A DNA stretch of 32,000 nucleotides. It comes from Sinorhizobium meliloti. Lineage in GTDB: Bacteria; Pseudomonadota; Alphaproteobacteria; Rhizobiales; Rhizobiaceae. Of the stretch, positions 1-8,241 are shown one piece after another. Location: positions 450,001 to 482,000 of the forward strand of contig NZ_JAGIOS010000001.1 in NCBI RefSeq assembly GCF_017876815.1, in the 5' to 3' direction. Every line of letters begins with the position of its first letter. Positions within the stretch are counted from its first letter, which is position 1. The notes beneath the pieces are model-generated. The model saw only the letters and a list, made by a program, of their open reading frames with translations. It was not told the DNA's origin and searched no databases. The position numbers and the translations under genes are program-made.

Positions 1-417
1 GCCGTCACGACTTTCGCCAACGGCTTCTTCACGCCGGCGACACCCTATCTCCTGTTGATCTCCGTCCTGCTGATCGCCGGCTTCGCCCGGTCCTTCTTCT
101 TCACCGGCGTCAACGCACTCTCTTTCGCCGATATCGACGATGCCGACGCCAGCAAGGCGACGTCGATGAGCGCCGTACTGCAGCAGATCAGTCTCGCATT
201 GGGGGTCGCAGTCGCAGGCGCCATTCTCGAATTCGAGACGGCGCTCAGCGGCAAGCCGCTTGAGCTTGCAGACTTTCACGTCGCGTTCATGATCATTGCC
301 ATCGCCAACCTTCTGGCGGCGATCCCCTTCATCGCCATGGCGAAGAATGCCGGCGCCTCGGTTTCGGGGCATCGGCTGGCAGTACGGGAAGTGGAAACGA
401 CGGCTGCCGGCAAATAA
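1..417 (+). CDS. MFS transporter, C-terminal fragment (5' end lies outside the window)
   Basis: Frame 1 is open from base 1 to the stop at 415-417. The translation has hydrophobic TM-like segments (ISVLLIAGFARSFFFTG, LQQISLALGVAVAGAIL, FMIIAIANLLAAIPFIA) typical of the last helices of drug/H+ antiporter-type MFS proteins. Confidence 0.6.
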   Translation, partial: AVTTFANGFFTPATPYLLLISVLLIAGFARSFFFTGVNALSFADIDDADASKATSMSAVLQQISLALGVAVAGAILEFETALSGKPLELADFHVAFMIIAIANLLAAIPFIAMAKNAGASVSGHRLAVREVETTAAGK

Positions 418-494
418 TCTGCCGCAGGGTCTGATTAGGCAGCACTGTCAGGGGGGCGCTCCGCCCCTGCCCTTTCAAGCAAGCCGCACAACTC

Positions 495-878
495 CTATTC
501 CGGCCGCTCGCAGACCGCCGAAAGCTTGTTGCCGTCCGGGTCACGGACGTAAGCCGCATAAAAATTGGCATGGAACGGGCGCAGCCCCGGCGCGCCCTCA
601 TCGGTGCCGCCGCCGGCGAGCGCCGCGGCATGGAAGGCGTCCACCGCCGCGCGGCTTTCCGCTTCGAGCGCCACCATCGAGCCGTTGCCGATCGTCGCGG
701 CCTCGCGATTGAACGGCGTCACCACCCAAAGCCGGCAGCGGACGTCACCCTCCGCGCCGTAACCGATCTCCACCTCATCCTCCTTGCGGCGCTTCAGGCC
801 GAGGGGCGCAAGCGCCCGATCGTAGAAAGCGCCCGCCGTTTCGAGATCGTTGGAGCCGAGGGTCACATATAGCAGCAT
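495..878 (-). CDS. VOC (glyoxalase/bleomycin resistance/dioxygenase) family protein
   Basis: Internal ATG at 878 gives MLLYVTLGSNDLETAGAFYDRAL...FYAAYVRDPDGNKL, a typical VOC fold signature. It lies 4 nt downstream of the rlmE stop, so it is probably in the same operon. Confidence 0.8.
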   Translation of the reverse strand: MLLYVTLGSNDLETAGAFYDRALAPLGLKRRKEDEVEIGYGAEGDVRCRLWVVTPFNREAATIGNGSMVALEAESRAAVDAFHAAALAGGGTDEGAPGLRPFHANFYAAYVRDPDGNKLSAVCERPE

Positions 879-882
879 GGCT

Positions 883-1620
883 CTATTCTTCCGCAGCACC
901 CTCTGCCGGTTCGTCGCTCTCAAGCGCATGGCGGCCCTTGAAACCCTTGGCGAGCAGAAACATCTCGACCGATTCGGCACGCGACGATGCCGGCTTCACA
1001 TGGACGACCTGGCGGAAATTCTGCTTCAGCATGTTCAGGAGGTCGCGCTCGGTGCCGCCCTGGAAGGTCTTCGCCAGAAAATGTCCGCCCTCCGCGAGTA
1101 CCTCGACGGCGAAATGCGCCGCCACCTCGCAGAGATGCATGGTTCTGATATGGTCGGTCTGTCGATGACCCGTGGTCGGCGCCGCCATATCGGACAGGAC
1201 GATATCAGGAGCTCCGCCGATCGCCTGTTTCAGGTTTTCCGGCGCCTCGGGATCGAGGAAATCCATCTGCAGGAAGCGGACGCCCGGGATCGGATCCATT
1301 TCGAGGAAGTCGATCGCCGCGACCCGCGGATCGGCATCGGTCGAGTTCGTCACCTTGGCGGCGATCTGAGACCAGCTACCGGGTGCCGCGCCCAGATCGA
1401 TGATGCGCTTGGCGCCGGCAAGAATCTTGTGCTTCTCGTCGATCTCGAGAAGTTTGAACGCCGCTCTTGCGCGGTAGCCTTCGAGCTGCGCCCGCTGAAC
1501 ATAGGGGTCGTTGATGTGGCGCTCGATCCAGCGGCGCGAAGACGCCTTGAGCTTGCCCTTCTTGACCTTCTGTCCGAGCTTGCGGCCGCTGCGATTGCCG
1601 CCGATCGGGGATTTCGTCAT
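883..1620 (-). CDS. rlmE: 23S rRNA (uridine2552-2'-O)-methyltransferase RlmE/FtsJ
   Basis: ATG at 1620. The translation contains [27 protein letters not shown], the SAM motif [13 protein letters not shown], and [12 protein letters not shown]. The ATGA start overlaps the stop of the upstream Ppx-family gene. Confidence 0.9.
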   Translation of the reverse strand: MTKSPIGGNRSGRKLGQKVKKGKLKASSRRWIERHINDPYVQRAQLEGYRARAAFKLLEIDEKHKILAGAKRIIDLGAAPGSWSQIAAKVTNSTDADPRVAAIDFLEMDPIPGVRFLQMDFLDPEAPENLKQAIGGAPDIVLSDMAAPTTGHRQTDHIRTMHLCEVAAHFAVEVLAEGGHFLAKTFQGGTERDLLNMLKQNFRQVVHVKPASSRAESVEMFLLAKGFKGRHALESDEPAEGAAEE

Positions 1621-3254
1621 GCCTCGGTTCCTTCGTGGCGCTTCACCCGTTCCTCGCCCGCCTGCGCAGAACCGAAGCTGCGCTGATGACGGCGCGGACG
1701 CCCCCGGCGCCAGGCCCCGTCATCCGCCATCATATCGGTCAGCAGCCCTTCGCGAAGCCCGCGATCGGCGACGCGCATGCGGCTCGACGGCCAGCGGCGG
1801 CGGATCGCCTCGAGAATCGCGCAGCCGGCAAGCACCAGATCGGCCCGGTCCGGGCCGATGCAGGGATTGGCGGCACGTGCGGCGAAATCCCAGGAGAGCA
1901 GGCGTGCCTGCATGGCCGAGACCTCGTCGTCGGAAAGCCAGAGCCCGTCCACGCGGCGGCGGTCGTAACGCGGCAGGTCGAGATGCACGCCGGCGAGCGT
2001 CGTCACGGTTCCCGACGTTCCGATCAGATGGAAGCCGTCGCCGTAGGAGCCGCTTGCCAGCGCGTCGACCGAGGGGCTCTCGAAGCCGGCGAGCATCGCC
2101 TCGACCTCGCGCACCATCACCTCGAAACTCTGGGGCGTCACATGCTCGCCGCCGTGGCGCTCGGAAAGGGTGACGACGCCCACGGGCAGAGAAGTCCAGT
2201 GGGTAATGTGATTGGCAAGCCGGCTCGAGCGATTTTCGCCTATCCGGATGACGGCGATTTCCGACGAGCCGCCGCCGATATCGAAGAGCACGACGGACCT
2301 GGTTTCGCGGTCGACGAGCGACGAGCAGCCGGACACGGCAAGCCGTGCCTCCGTCTCGCGATCGATGATCTCGAGTTCGAGACCGGTTTCCTCGGCGACG
2401 CGCTTCATGAAGGCTTCGCCGTTGGCAGCCGCACGCGCAGCCTCGGTCGCAATCAGCCGGCGACGGCGGATCGAGCGGGCACCGAGCTTGGCGGCACAGA
2501 CCTTGAGCGCTTCGACCGACCGCTCCATCGCGTCGTCCGAAAGCCGCCCGCTGGCGCCGAGCCCCTCGCCCAAGCGGACGATTCGCGAAAACGCATCGAC
2601 CACACGGAACTGGCCCGGCCGGGTCGGCTGCGCGACGAGCAGCCGGCAATTGTTGGTGCCGAGGTCGAGTGCCGCATAAAGCGGTGCCGGCGGCTCGCCC
2701 GGCGCGACGAACGGCGCACCGAGCCTCTCCGGACGCGCCTGCTGTTGCGCGGCGGCTTCGCCGTTCCGCGGCCGCGCAGTATCGCCGGGCCGCTCGCCCG
2801 GCCGGCCGCCGGGCCGCTCGCCCGGCCGGCCGCCCGGCCGCAGGCTTGTCGTCGGGTTGCCCGCGGAAGCCAGCGGCCGCCCCTGAAGGCCGCGCCGATG
2901 GCGCGCCTTCCTGTTGCGCTTTTGGCCGCCCTTCTTGTCGCTGAGCGCCGCATCCAACGCCGGCGCGCTTGCACCGGAGGCAGCGGACTGATCTTGCGGT
3001 CTTGCTGATTTCGAACGCCGGCGCCGTTTGCGCTTGCGCGACGGCTCCGCCTCGTTCAGTGCTGCGGGACGCCCTGCTTCCCCGGACGGGCCGGATCCGC
3101 TGGCAATTGCAGACGGGGAACCGGACAGCTTACGCCGCCTCCGTTTGCCCTTGCCGCCCCGCGGCGCGCCTGTGCGCGCCTCGCTGCGGTCTGCTGCCGA
3201 CGCCCCGGATTCAGACGGCTTCTCGCCGTGATCGGGGTCTTTCACTTGTCTCAA
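1617..3254 (-). CDS. Ppx/GppA-family phosphatase with a long basic low-complexity N-terminal extension (start codon uncertain)
   Basis: The core from about residue 193 ([18 protein letters not shown]...[12 protein letters not shown]...) is the actin-like Ppx/GppA fold. There is no in-frame ATG upstream of the domain. The track start at 3254 is TTG, and another in-frame TTG sits at 2957. Confidence 0.8.
   Translation of the reverse strand: MRQVKDPDHGEKPSESGASAADRSEARTGAPRGGKGKRRRRKLSGSPSAIASGSGPSGEAGRPAALNEAEPSRKRKRRRRSKSARPQDQSAASGASAPALDAALSDKKGGQKRNRKARHRRGLQGRPLASAGNPTTSLRPGGRPGERPGGRPGERPGDTARPRNGEAAAQQQARPERLGAPFVAPGEPPAPLYAALDLGTNNCRLLVAQPTRPGQFRVVDAFSRIVRLGEGLGASGRLSDDAMERSVEALKVCAAKLGARSIRRRRLIATEAARAAANGEAFMKRVAEETGLELEIIDRETEARLAVSGCSSLVDRETRSVVLFDIGGGSSEIAVIRIGENRSSRLANHITHWTSLPVGVVTLSERHGGEHVTPQSFEVMVREVEAMLAGFESPSVDALASGSYGDGFHLIGTSGTVTTLAGVHLDLPRYDRRRVDGLWLSDDEVSAMQARLLSWDFAARAANPCIGPDRADLVLAGCAILEAIRRRWPSSRMRVADRGLREGLLTDMMADDGAWRRGRPRRHQRSFGSAQAGEERVKRHEGTEA
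2784..2840. repeat. Perfect 24-bp tandem duplication inside the Ppx N-terminal extension (encodes GGRPGERP x2)
   Basis: Bases 2787-2810 and 2811-2834 are identical (gggccgctcgcccggccggccgcc) with partial copies flanking. The repeat is in frame with the minus-strand CDS. Confidence 0.9.
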
Positions 3255-3479
3255 CCATGGCGCCGCGCGAAGCCTGACGGCCGCTCAAGGCGCTCTCTCG
3301 ATTTTGCGTTGGCGCGACTGTACCAGCGCCGCTTCTTTTCGCCAAACTTTTTTTGAAACCATAGCGGAGCGGGCGACCCCGACCGCCCTTCCCTGCGGTT
3401 GCCGGAGACCGATGGACTTCGAGGCTCAACCCAGAAGCAGAAGGACACAGCCCGGCCGCATTTTTTTGGCAAAAGGTAT

Positions 3480-3507
3480 TTGCATCGGGCGTTCTTTTGT
3501 TTATAAG
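3480..3507 (+). promoter_or_regulatory. Candidate sigma70-type promoter for tRNA-Gln
   Basis: TTGCAT (3480-3485), 16-nt spacer, then TATAAG (3502-3507). It lies about 40 nt upstream of the mature tRNA 5' end. Confidence 0.4.
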
Positions 3508-3546
3508 CCCGCCACACCGACGCGGCGGTACACCGTCTGCGGGCCT

Positions 3547-3620
3547 TGGGGAATAGGTTAACGGTAGACCAGCGGACTCTGACTCCGTTAGTCCTGGTTC
3601 GAATCCAGGTTCCCCAGCCA
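3547..3620 (+). tRNA. tRNA-Gln (anticodon CUG), encoded CCA
   Basis: Hand-folded cloverleaf. Acceptor stem tggggaa/ttcccca, D stem ggtt/gacc, anticodon stem gcgga/tccgt with loop cTCTGAc (U33, CTG, A37). T arm cctgg-ttcgaat-ccagg, discriminator G, then CCA. The U1-A72 pair plus G73 is typical of tRNA-Gln. Confidence 0.9.
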
Positions 3621-3970
3621 ACCACTTTCCCTGATAAAACAGCTACTTAGCATGCATTTTGCTTAAATAAGCGATTATCGTCGCCTATCGGCGCTGTACG
3701 CTGTTGCCGCTCAATGAAATGTCTTACTCAGCCGACGATCCCGCACCAGACCCCAACCGTTGCCCGCATGTTTCCGCAGCGATCTAGCATCCAACGGCAC
3801 CTCGCCGCCCTTCCCGCCCCAGTGCCGGGCTCCTCCGGCAGCGGGCCGCAAGCATCGCCGCGAAGCATGTTGTTAATATCTCCTTCCGGTTGCATTTCCT
3901 TGTAGACAGATCGGGGGGAAGAGCGATTGATTGCTCTTGTAAGAACCTATGGGCAATCGGGGCTATCAAC

Positions 3971-4426
3971 ATGAATCTAAGAATATTTTCGGCGCTGACC
4001 GTGATGGTTGCGGTGTCAGGTTGCGGATCCATCACCCGCGGAACCACGGAAAACGTAACCATTACATCGTCACCCAGCGATGCAAGTATAAGTACTTCTA
4101 TAGGAAAGTACTGCCCTCGTTCTCCATGCACGATCGAAGTCAACCGTCGCACGGAGTTCACCGCATATGCTGAGAAAGATGGTTACAAAAAGGGGTCCAT
4201 CGAGATCAAGACAAAAGTAGTCGGCGCGGGTGCTGCCGGTTTTGCTGGCAATGTTTTGATTGGCGGCGTCATCGGAATGGGTGTGGACGCAGCGACTGGA
4301 GCGGCGTTGGACCATTATCCCAACCCTGCGCATATCGAACTGGTCCCGCTGGGAAAGCGTGCTCCCGATAAGGCGGCCAAACCAAAAAGGCGGAAACACA
4401 CGAGCACGGCTAAACCATCCGTATAG
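3971..4426 (+). CDS. Lipoprotein with PEGA-like beta domain and glycine-zipper segment
   Basis: ATG at 3971. The signal peptide ends in the lipobox MVAVSGC. It is followed by ENVTITSSPSDASI...YAEKDGYKKGSIEI (PEGA-like) and GAGAAGFAGNVLIGGVIGMGVDAATGAAL (glycine zipper). GC content is visibly lower than in neighbouring genes. Confidence 0.7.
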   Translation: MNLRIFSALTVMVAVSGCGSITRGTTENVTITSSPSDASISTSIGKYCPRSPCTIEVNRRTEFTAYAEKDGYKKGSIEIKTKVVGAGAAGFAGNVLIGGVIGMGVDAATGAALDHYPNPAHIELVPLGKRAPDKAAKPKRRKHTSTAKPSV

Positions 4427-4450
4427 CGCCACGCTCTTCAGCGAACACAG

Positions 4451-4480
4451 GCCCGCCGCTCTTGACCGGCGGGCTTGTCG
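4451..4480 (+). terminator. Hairpin terminator after the lipoprotein gene
   Basis: Stem gcccgccg (4451-4458) pairs with cggcgggc (4467-4474) across an 8-nt loop, followed by ttgtcg. Confidence 0.5.
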
Positions 4481-4551
4481 AGCGCCCCGCCATACCTCTC
4501 CTCGCAGCATCGTCGTTGCCTGCCATTCATCCGGCGTTCAGGGCCGATCTT

Positions 4552-4576
4552 CGAAACTAAGCGCTCAGAGATGCGT
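4552..4576 (+). promoter_or_regulatory. Near-consensus EcfG-type promoter (GAAAC-N16-CGTT, one mismatch in the -35)
   Basis: gaaac at 4552-4556, 16-nt spacer, cgtt at 4573-4576. It sits 39 nt upstream of the ATG at 4615. Confidence 0.3.
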
Positions 4577-4614
4577 TGATCCGGCATACGAGAATACGAC
4601 GAAGGAGCCCGACC

Positions 4615-4881
4615 ATGAAGCTTTTGACCATCGCAGCGGCGGCCGGCGTGGCTCTCACCCTGTGCGCCGGCAACGCGCTGGCCGACCCCTGGAAAGACGA
4701 AAGCGGTCACGGGCGCTGGCGTGGGTATCATGACGAGCCACGCTATGAACGAAGAGCATACAAGGAAGAGTATCGCCGCGGTCGCTGCAAGATCGAGCGG
4801 AAATGGGACGAGGACGAGTACAAGGAAGAGATCAAGTGCAAGCGCGGGCCGCGGCCTGCCTATGGATATTACCGGTACTGA
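4615..4881 (+). CDS. Small secreted, highly charged Tyr/Trp/Arg-rich protein (hypothetical)
   Basis: ATG at 4615 is preceded by GAAGGAG 8 nt upstream. The signal peptide is MKLLTIAAAAGVALTLCAGNALA. The mature part has two Cys residues (CKIERKWDEDEYKEEIKC). Confidence 0.6.
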   Translation: MKLLTIAAAAGVALTLCAGNALADPWKDESGHGRWRGYHDEPRYERRAYKEEYRRGRCKIERKWDEDEYKEEIKCKRGPRPAYGYYRY

Positions 4882-5135
4882 ACGCAGCTCGCGTGGCTAT
4901 CTTCCGGTCAGGCGCCGGTGGCGCTCGCCGGCGGCCGGTCGGTGCCGCTTATCAGTCGACGCATCTGGTCCATGGCAGAGATCATCGCGCGCGGAGCCCG
5001 AAACATCCGGACCATTGACCATCGCTTGACAACGACAGCCAAAGGCCAGAAAACACGTTCCATGGGGTTGCGATCACCCCACGAGGCGACAGCCGAAGCA
5101 TCGCGTCCGATAAACCGCCAGGCGGAGGACGCGCC

Positions 5136-5285
5136 ATGTCTTCACTTCTCGAAATTTCCCCCGAAAAGCTTGCCCGCTTCATAGGCACCCCGAACTGCCC
5201 GGTCCTCATCGCCGTGCGCTGGTGCCGTGACGCGACTGATGAGATACACACATGGCCGTCGCCGAAGAAGGGAGCGTGGAATTGA
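5136..5285 (+). pseudogene. 49-codon remnant resembling the N-terminus of rhodanese-domain/ChrB-type chromate resistance proteins
   Basis: GGAGGAC SD, then ATG at 5136. The translation is MSSLLEISPEKLARFIGTPNCPVLIAVR..., after which resemblance is lost and a stop follows at 5283-5285. It overlaps the chrA start in another frame. The assignment rests on recalled family N-termini, not on a search. Confidence 0.35.
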
Positions 5286-6694
5286 CCGAAACTGCACAGA
5301 ACACCACCGCATCGGCTCAAGGTCAGGCTTTGAGCCATGGTATTTCCTTTGGCGAGGCGCTCCGGGTCTGGGCACGCGTGGCGGCTTTGAGCTTTGGTGG
5401 CCCAGCCGGACAGATCGCGATGATGCACCGCATCATTGTCGAGGAGAAACGCTGGATTGGCGAGACCCGGTTTCTACATGCGCTGAACTATTGCACCCTG
5501 CTGCCGGGGCCGGAAGCGCAGCAGCTTGCAATCTATATCGGCTGGCTCATGCACAAGACCAAGGGCGGTCTGGTCGCCGGAGCCCTGTTCGTGCTCCCCG
5601 GCGCCGTTGCCATCATGGTGCTGAGCTGGATCTACGCCATCTTCGGAAATGTCGGCGCCGTTCAGGCGCTGTTCTTTGGATTGAAGGCCGCGGTTCTGGC
5701 GATCGTGCTCGAAGCGGTTCTTCGTATCGGCCGCCGGGCGCTCAGGAACCGTGCCATGATAGCCCTTGCCGCCGGGGCATTCATCGCGCTCTTCCTGTTC
5801 CGCGCTCCCTTCCCACTGGTCGTCCTCACTGCGGGTCTCATCGGCTTTGTCGGCGGTCGAGCCGGCTGGGCTGCCTTTCAGGCGGGGAACGGACACGGAA
5901 AAGTTGGCAGCAGGCAAGTCGCTGATATCGAGACCGCGCTTGGCGAAGAGGTTCCGGCCCATGCACGACCCCCAATCAGCTGGTCGCTCAAGGTTGCCGG
6001 TGTCGCTCTCTTTTTGTGGTTCGCTCCGGTGCTGGCACTTGTCGCGTTGCTTGGCCCAGGCAATGTCTTCACCGACATCTCGATCTTCTTTTCGAAGATG
6101 GCGATGGTCACCTTTGGCGGCGCCTATGCGGTTCTCTCCTATGTCGCTCAACAAGCCGTCGAGCACTATCATTGGCTGAAACCCGGCGAGATGCTCGACG
6201 GTCTCGGCATGGCTGAGACGACGCCTGGCCCGCTGATCATGGTCACTCAGTTCGTGGGCTTCATGGGCGCCTACCGCGACCCCGGTCTGCTTCATCCATT
6301 GCTCGCCGGCACGCTCGGCGCGCTGCTCACGACCTGGGTGACTTTCGTGCCCTGCTTTCTCTGGATTTTCCTCGGCGCGCCGTTCATGGAAACGATGCGC
6401 AACAACAGGGCTCTGTCCGCCGCGCTGGCGGCGATCACCGCGGCGGTCGTCGGGGTCATCCTCAATCTGGCAGTCTGGTTCGCGTTGCACGTGCTCTTTC
6501 GCGAACTCTATGAAGCGCGCGGATTCGGCATGACGGTCGATGTGCCGGTTCTGAGTTCTGTGAACCTTGCCTCTCTCATCCTGACCGTCGGCGCGATTGT
6601 CGCGGTGTTCCGGTTCAAAATCGGCATGCTGACAGTCTTGGCCGGCTGCTCCCTCATCGGCCTCGTCTATGGATTGTTCATGGGGTGGATCTAG
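5252..6694 (+). CDS. chrA: Chromate ion transporter (CHR family) ChrA
   Basis: Duplicated CHR domains. Motifs FGEALRVWARVAALSFGGPAGQIAMMH...LNYCTLLPGPEAQQLAIYIGW and a second half MAMVTFGGAYAVLSYV...GLGMAETTPGPLIMV. Confidence 0.9.
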   Translation: MAVAEEGSVELTETAQNTTASAQGQALSHGISFGEALRVWARVAALSFGGPAGQIAMMHRIIVEEKRWIGETRFLHALNYCTLLPGPEAQQLAIYIGWLMHKTKGGLVAGALFVLPGAVAIMVLSWIYAIFGNVGAVQALFFGLKAAVLAIVLEAVLRIGRRALRNRAMIALAAGAFIALFLFRAPFPLVVLTAGLIGFVGGRAGWAAFQAGNGHGKVGSRQVADIETALGEEVPAHARPPISWSLKVAGVALFLWFAPVLALVALLGPGNVFTDISIFFSKMAMVTFGGAYAVLSYVAQQAVEHYHWLKPGEMLDGLGMAETTPGPLIMVTQFVGFMGAYRDPGLLHPLLAGTLGALLTTWVTFVPCFLWIFLGAPFMETMRNNRALSAALAAITAAVVGVILNLAVWFALHVLFRELYEARGFGMTVDVPVLSSVNLASLILTVGAIVAVFRFKIGMLTVLAGCSLIGLVYGLFMGWI

Positions 6695-6772
6695 CTCCCG
6701 AAAACGCGATCCGGCAGCGCTTCGATTGAGAAGCGCGCAGGGCTCGAGGGAGGGGGCGCTCCGAGCGAAGGT

Positions 6773-7974
6773 ATGAAGGCGGTGCAAAGCATTCATCCGG
6801 CCACCTATCTTTTTGCGGCGCGCGCCTTACGCGATTTTGGCGACGGGTTCGTCGCCATTCTGTTGCCGGTCTATCTGCTTGCTTTGGGATTTTCGCCGCT
6901 GCAGGTCGGCGTCATCGCGACCGCATCGCTCTCCGGCTCCGCACTCTTGACGATCGCGATCGGATTCCTCGGTGCGCGCCGTGATCTCCGCGGCTTGCTC
7001 CTGGCCGCCGCCGGCCTGATGGTCGCCTCCGGTGTCGCCATGTCTATCGTCAATGATTACGCGCTCCTGCTGGTGGTCGCCTTTGCAGGTACGATCAATC
7101 CATCGGCAGGCAGCGTGAGCGTCTTCGTCCCACTGGAGCATGCGGTGCTTACCCGCGAAGTGGCGAGTGCCGAGCGGACGCGCATGTTCGCTCGCTACAG
7201 CCTCGCCGGAGCGCTCGCAAGCGCCGTCGGGGCGCTCGCGGCAGCTCTACCGGATTTCATGACGACCTTCGGCTCGGGCAACTGACCGCCATCAAGCTGA
7301 TGTTCGTTGTCTACGCGTTTTTAGGTCTGGCTGGCGCAGTACTTTATGCCCGCATGCCTCCGCGCATCACCCGCGGCGAGCCCGCGAAAGCAGCACTTGG
7401 CCCTTCGCGCGCTATCGTATTCAAGCTCGCAGCCCTGTTCAGCCTCGATGCATTCGCTGGCGGGTTCGTGGTGCAGTCGTTGCTCGCCCTGTGGCTGTTC
7501 GAGCAATTCAATCTGTCGCTCGCGGAAGCCGGGGTGTTTTTCTTCTGGTCGGGCGTGCTGTCGGCCTTCTCTTTTCCTGTCGCCGCATGGTTATCGAAGC
7601 GGGTTGGCCTCATCAACACGATGGTGTTCACTCACATCCCATCGAGCATCGCCCTGATGCTGGCAGCATTCGCGCCTACCTTGCCGCTGGCGCTTGCCTT
7701 GCTATTGATACGTGCGGCACTCTCGCAAATGGATGTTCCGACGCGTTCATCCTATGTGATGGCGGTCGTGACCGAGGCGGAACGCGCCGCGGCCGCAAGC
7801 TTCACCTCGGTGCCGCGCAGTCTCGCCGCAGCGGTCAGCCCTGCACTGGCAGGCGCTCTCTTCGCTGCTTCGTTTCGTGCTTGGCCGTTCCTAATCTGCG
7901 CCGCGCTGAAGATCACCTACGACGTCCTGCTCTTGCTGCAGTTCCGACACCACAAGCCACCTGAGGAATACTGA
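6773..7974 (+). pseudogene. MFS transporter interrupted by a frameshift near 7270-7285 (track ORFs 6773-7285 and 7300-7974)
   Basis: The first ORF encodes about 6 TM helices and stops at TGA 7283-7285. The other frame is open from before 7240 and reads ...GQLTAIKLMFVVYAFLG..., continuing into another 6 TM helices. Together they make one 12-TM MFS protein. Confidence 0.6.
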
Positions 7975-7996
7975 GCCGACCGCCTCCTCCGCACCA

Positions 7997-8021
7997 GGAA
8001 CCACGCCGCGGCTGGCCCGTT
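7997..8021 (+). promoter_or_regulatory. Perfect EcfG/RpoE2-type promoter GGAAC-N16-CGTT
   Basis: ggaac at 7997-8001, 16-nt spacer, cgtt at 8018-8021. It sits 26 nt upstream of the ATG at 8047 and is intergenic. Confidence 0.7.
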
Positions 8022-8046
8022 CTCCTTCTGCCGAAAGGAGAAGACG

Positions 8047-8229
8047 ATGAGTACCAAGGATACCAATGCCACTCCGGAACAGTCGGAACCAGCCGACGTC
8101 CGTCAGCCGGCAAACCGAAAGAAGCATCGGGACGAGGAGTCGATCGCACCACCAGCGGTCCAGCCTCCAGGGGCAAAGGACACAAGTGAGAAACCCGAAG
8201 TGAACCCGGTCACCGGCGGGGCGTTGTAG
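8047..8229 (+). CDS. 60-aa hydrophilic, Pro/Glu/Lys-rich protein (hypothetical; probable stress-induced)
   Basis: AAAGGAG SD lies 6 nt before the ATG, and an EcfG-type promoter sits immediately upstream. There is no hydrophobic segment. Confidence 0.6.
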   Translation: MSTKDTNATPEQSEPADVRQPANRKKHRDEESIAPPAVQPPGAKDTSEKPEVNPVTGGAL

Positions 8230-8241
8230 CGCTCGCCGCGC

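Noticed and set aside
2784-2840. Tandem repeats here and at 13780-13833, considered as possible CRISPR or VNTR features
   Set aside because: They are short (24 bp x2 and 18 bp x3), contiguous without spacers, and in frame within coding sequence. They are peptide repeats, not CRISPR arrays.
1635-3008. 457-aa plus-strand ORF, and the 309-aa minus-strand alternate-frame ORF at 1720-2649
   Set aside because: Both overlap the Ppx/GppA gene, whose frame carries the actin-like ATPase motifs. They are composition artefacts.
3728-3868. 46-codon minus-strand ORF with a strong SD (GGAAGGAGA) in the tRNA-Gln flank
   Set aside because: The product (MLRGDACGPLPEEPGTGAGRAARCRWMLDRCGNMRATVGVWCGIVG) is Cys/Gly/Arg/Trp-rich and looks like a random GC-rich frame. 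A 63-aa plus-strand ORF overlaps it equally unconvincingly. There is not enough evidence to call either.
3547-4900. A genomic island integrated at tRNA-Gln
   Set aside because: I found no integrase or recombinase, no mobility genes, and no direct repeat of the tRNA 3' end downstream. I report it only as a low-confidence decayed remnant.
5474-6796. 440-aa ORF on the minus strand
   Set aside because: It is antisense to chrA, and its product is hydrophilic and Arg/Asp/Glu/His-rich with no domain signature. The chrA frame shows the duplicated CHR motifs.
8076-8100. GGAAC-N16-CGTC inside the 60-aa ORF
   Set aside because: The -10 element is imperfect, and the site is located inside the coding sequence with no downstream gene on that strand before the convergent DUF1236 gene.
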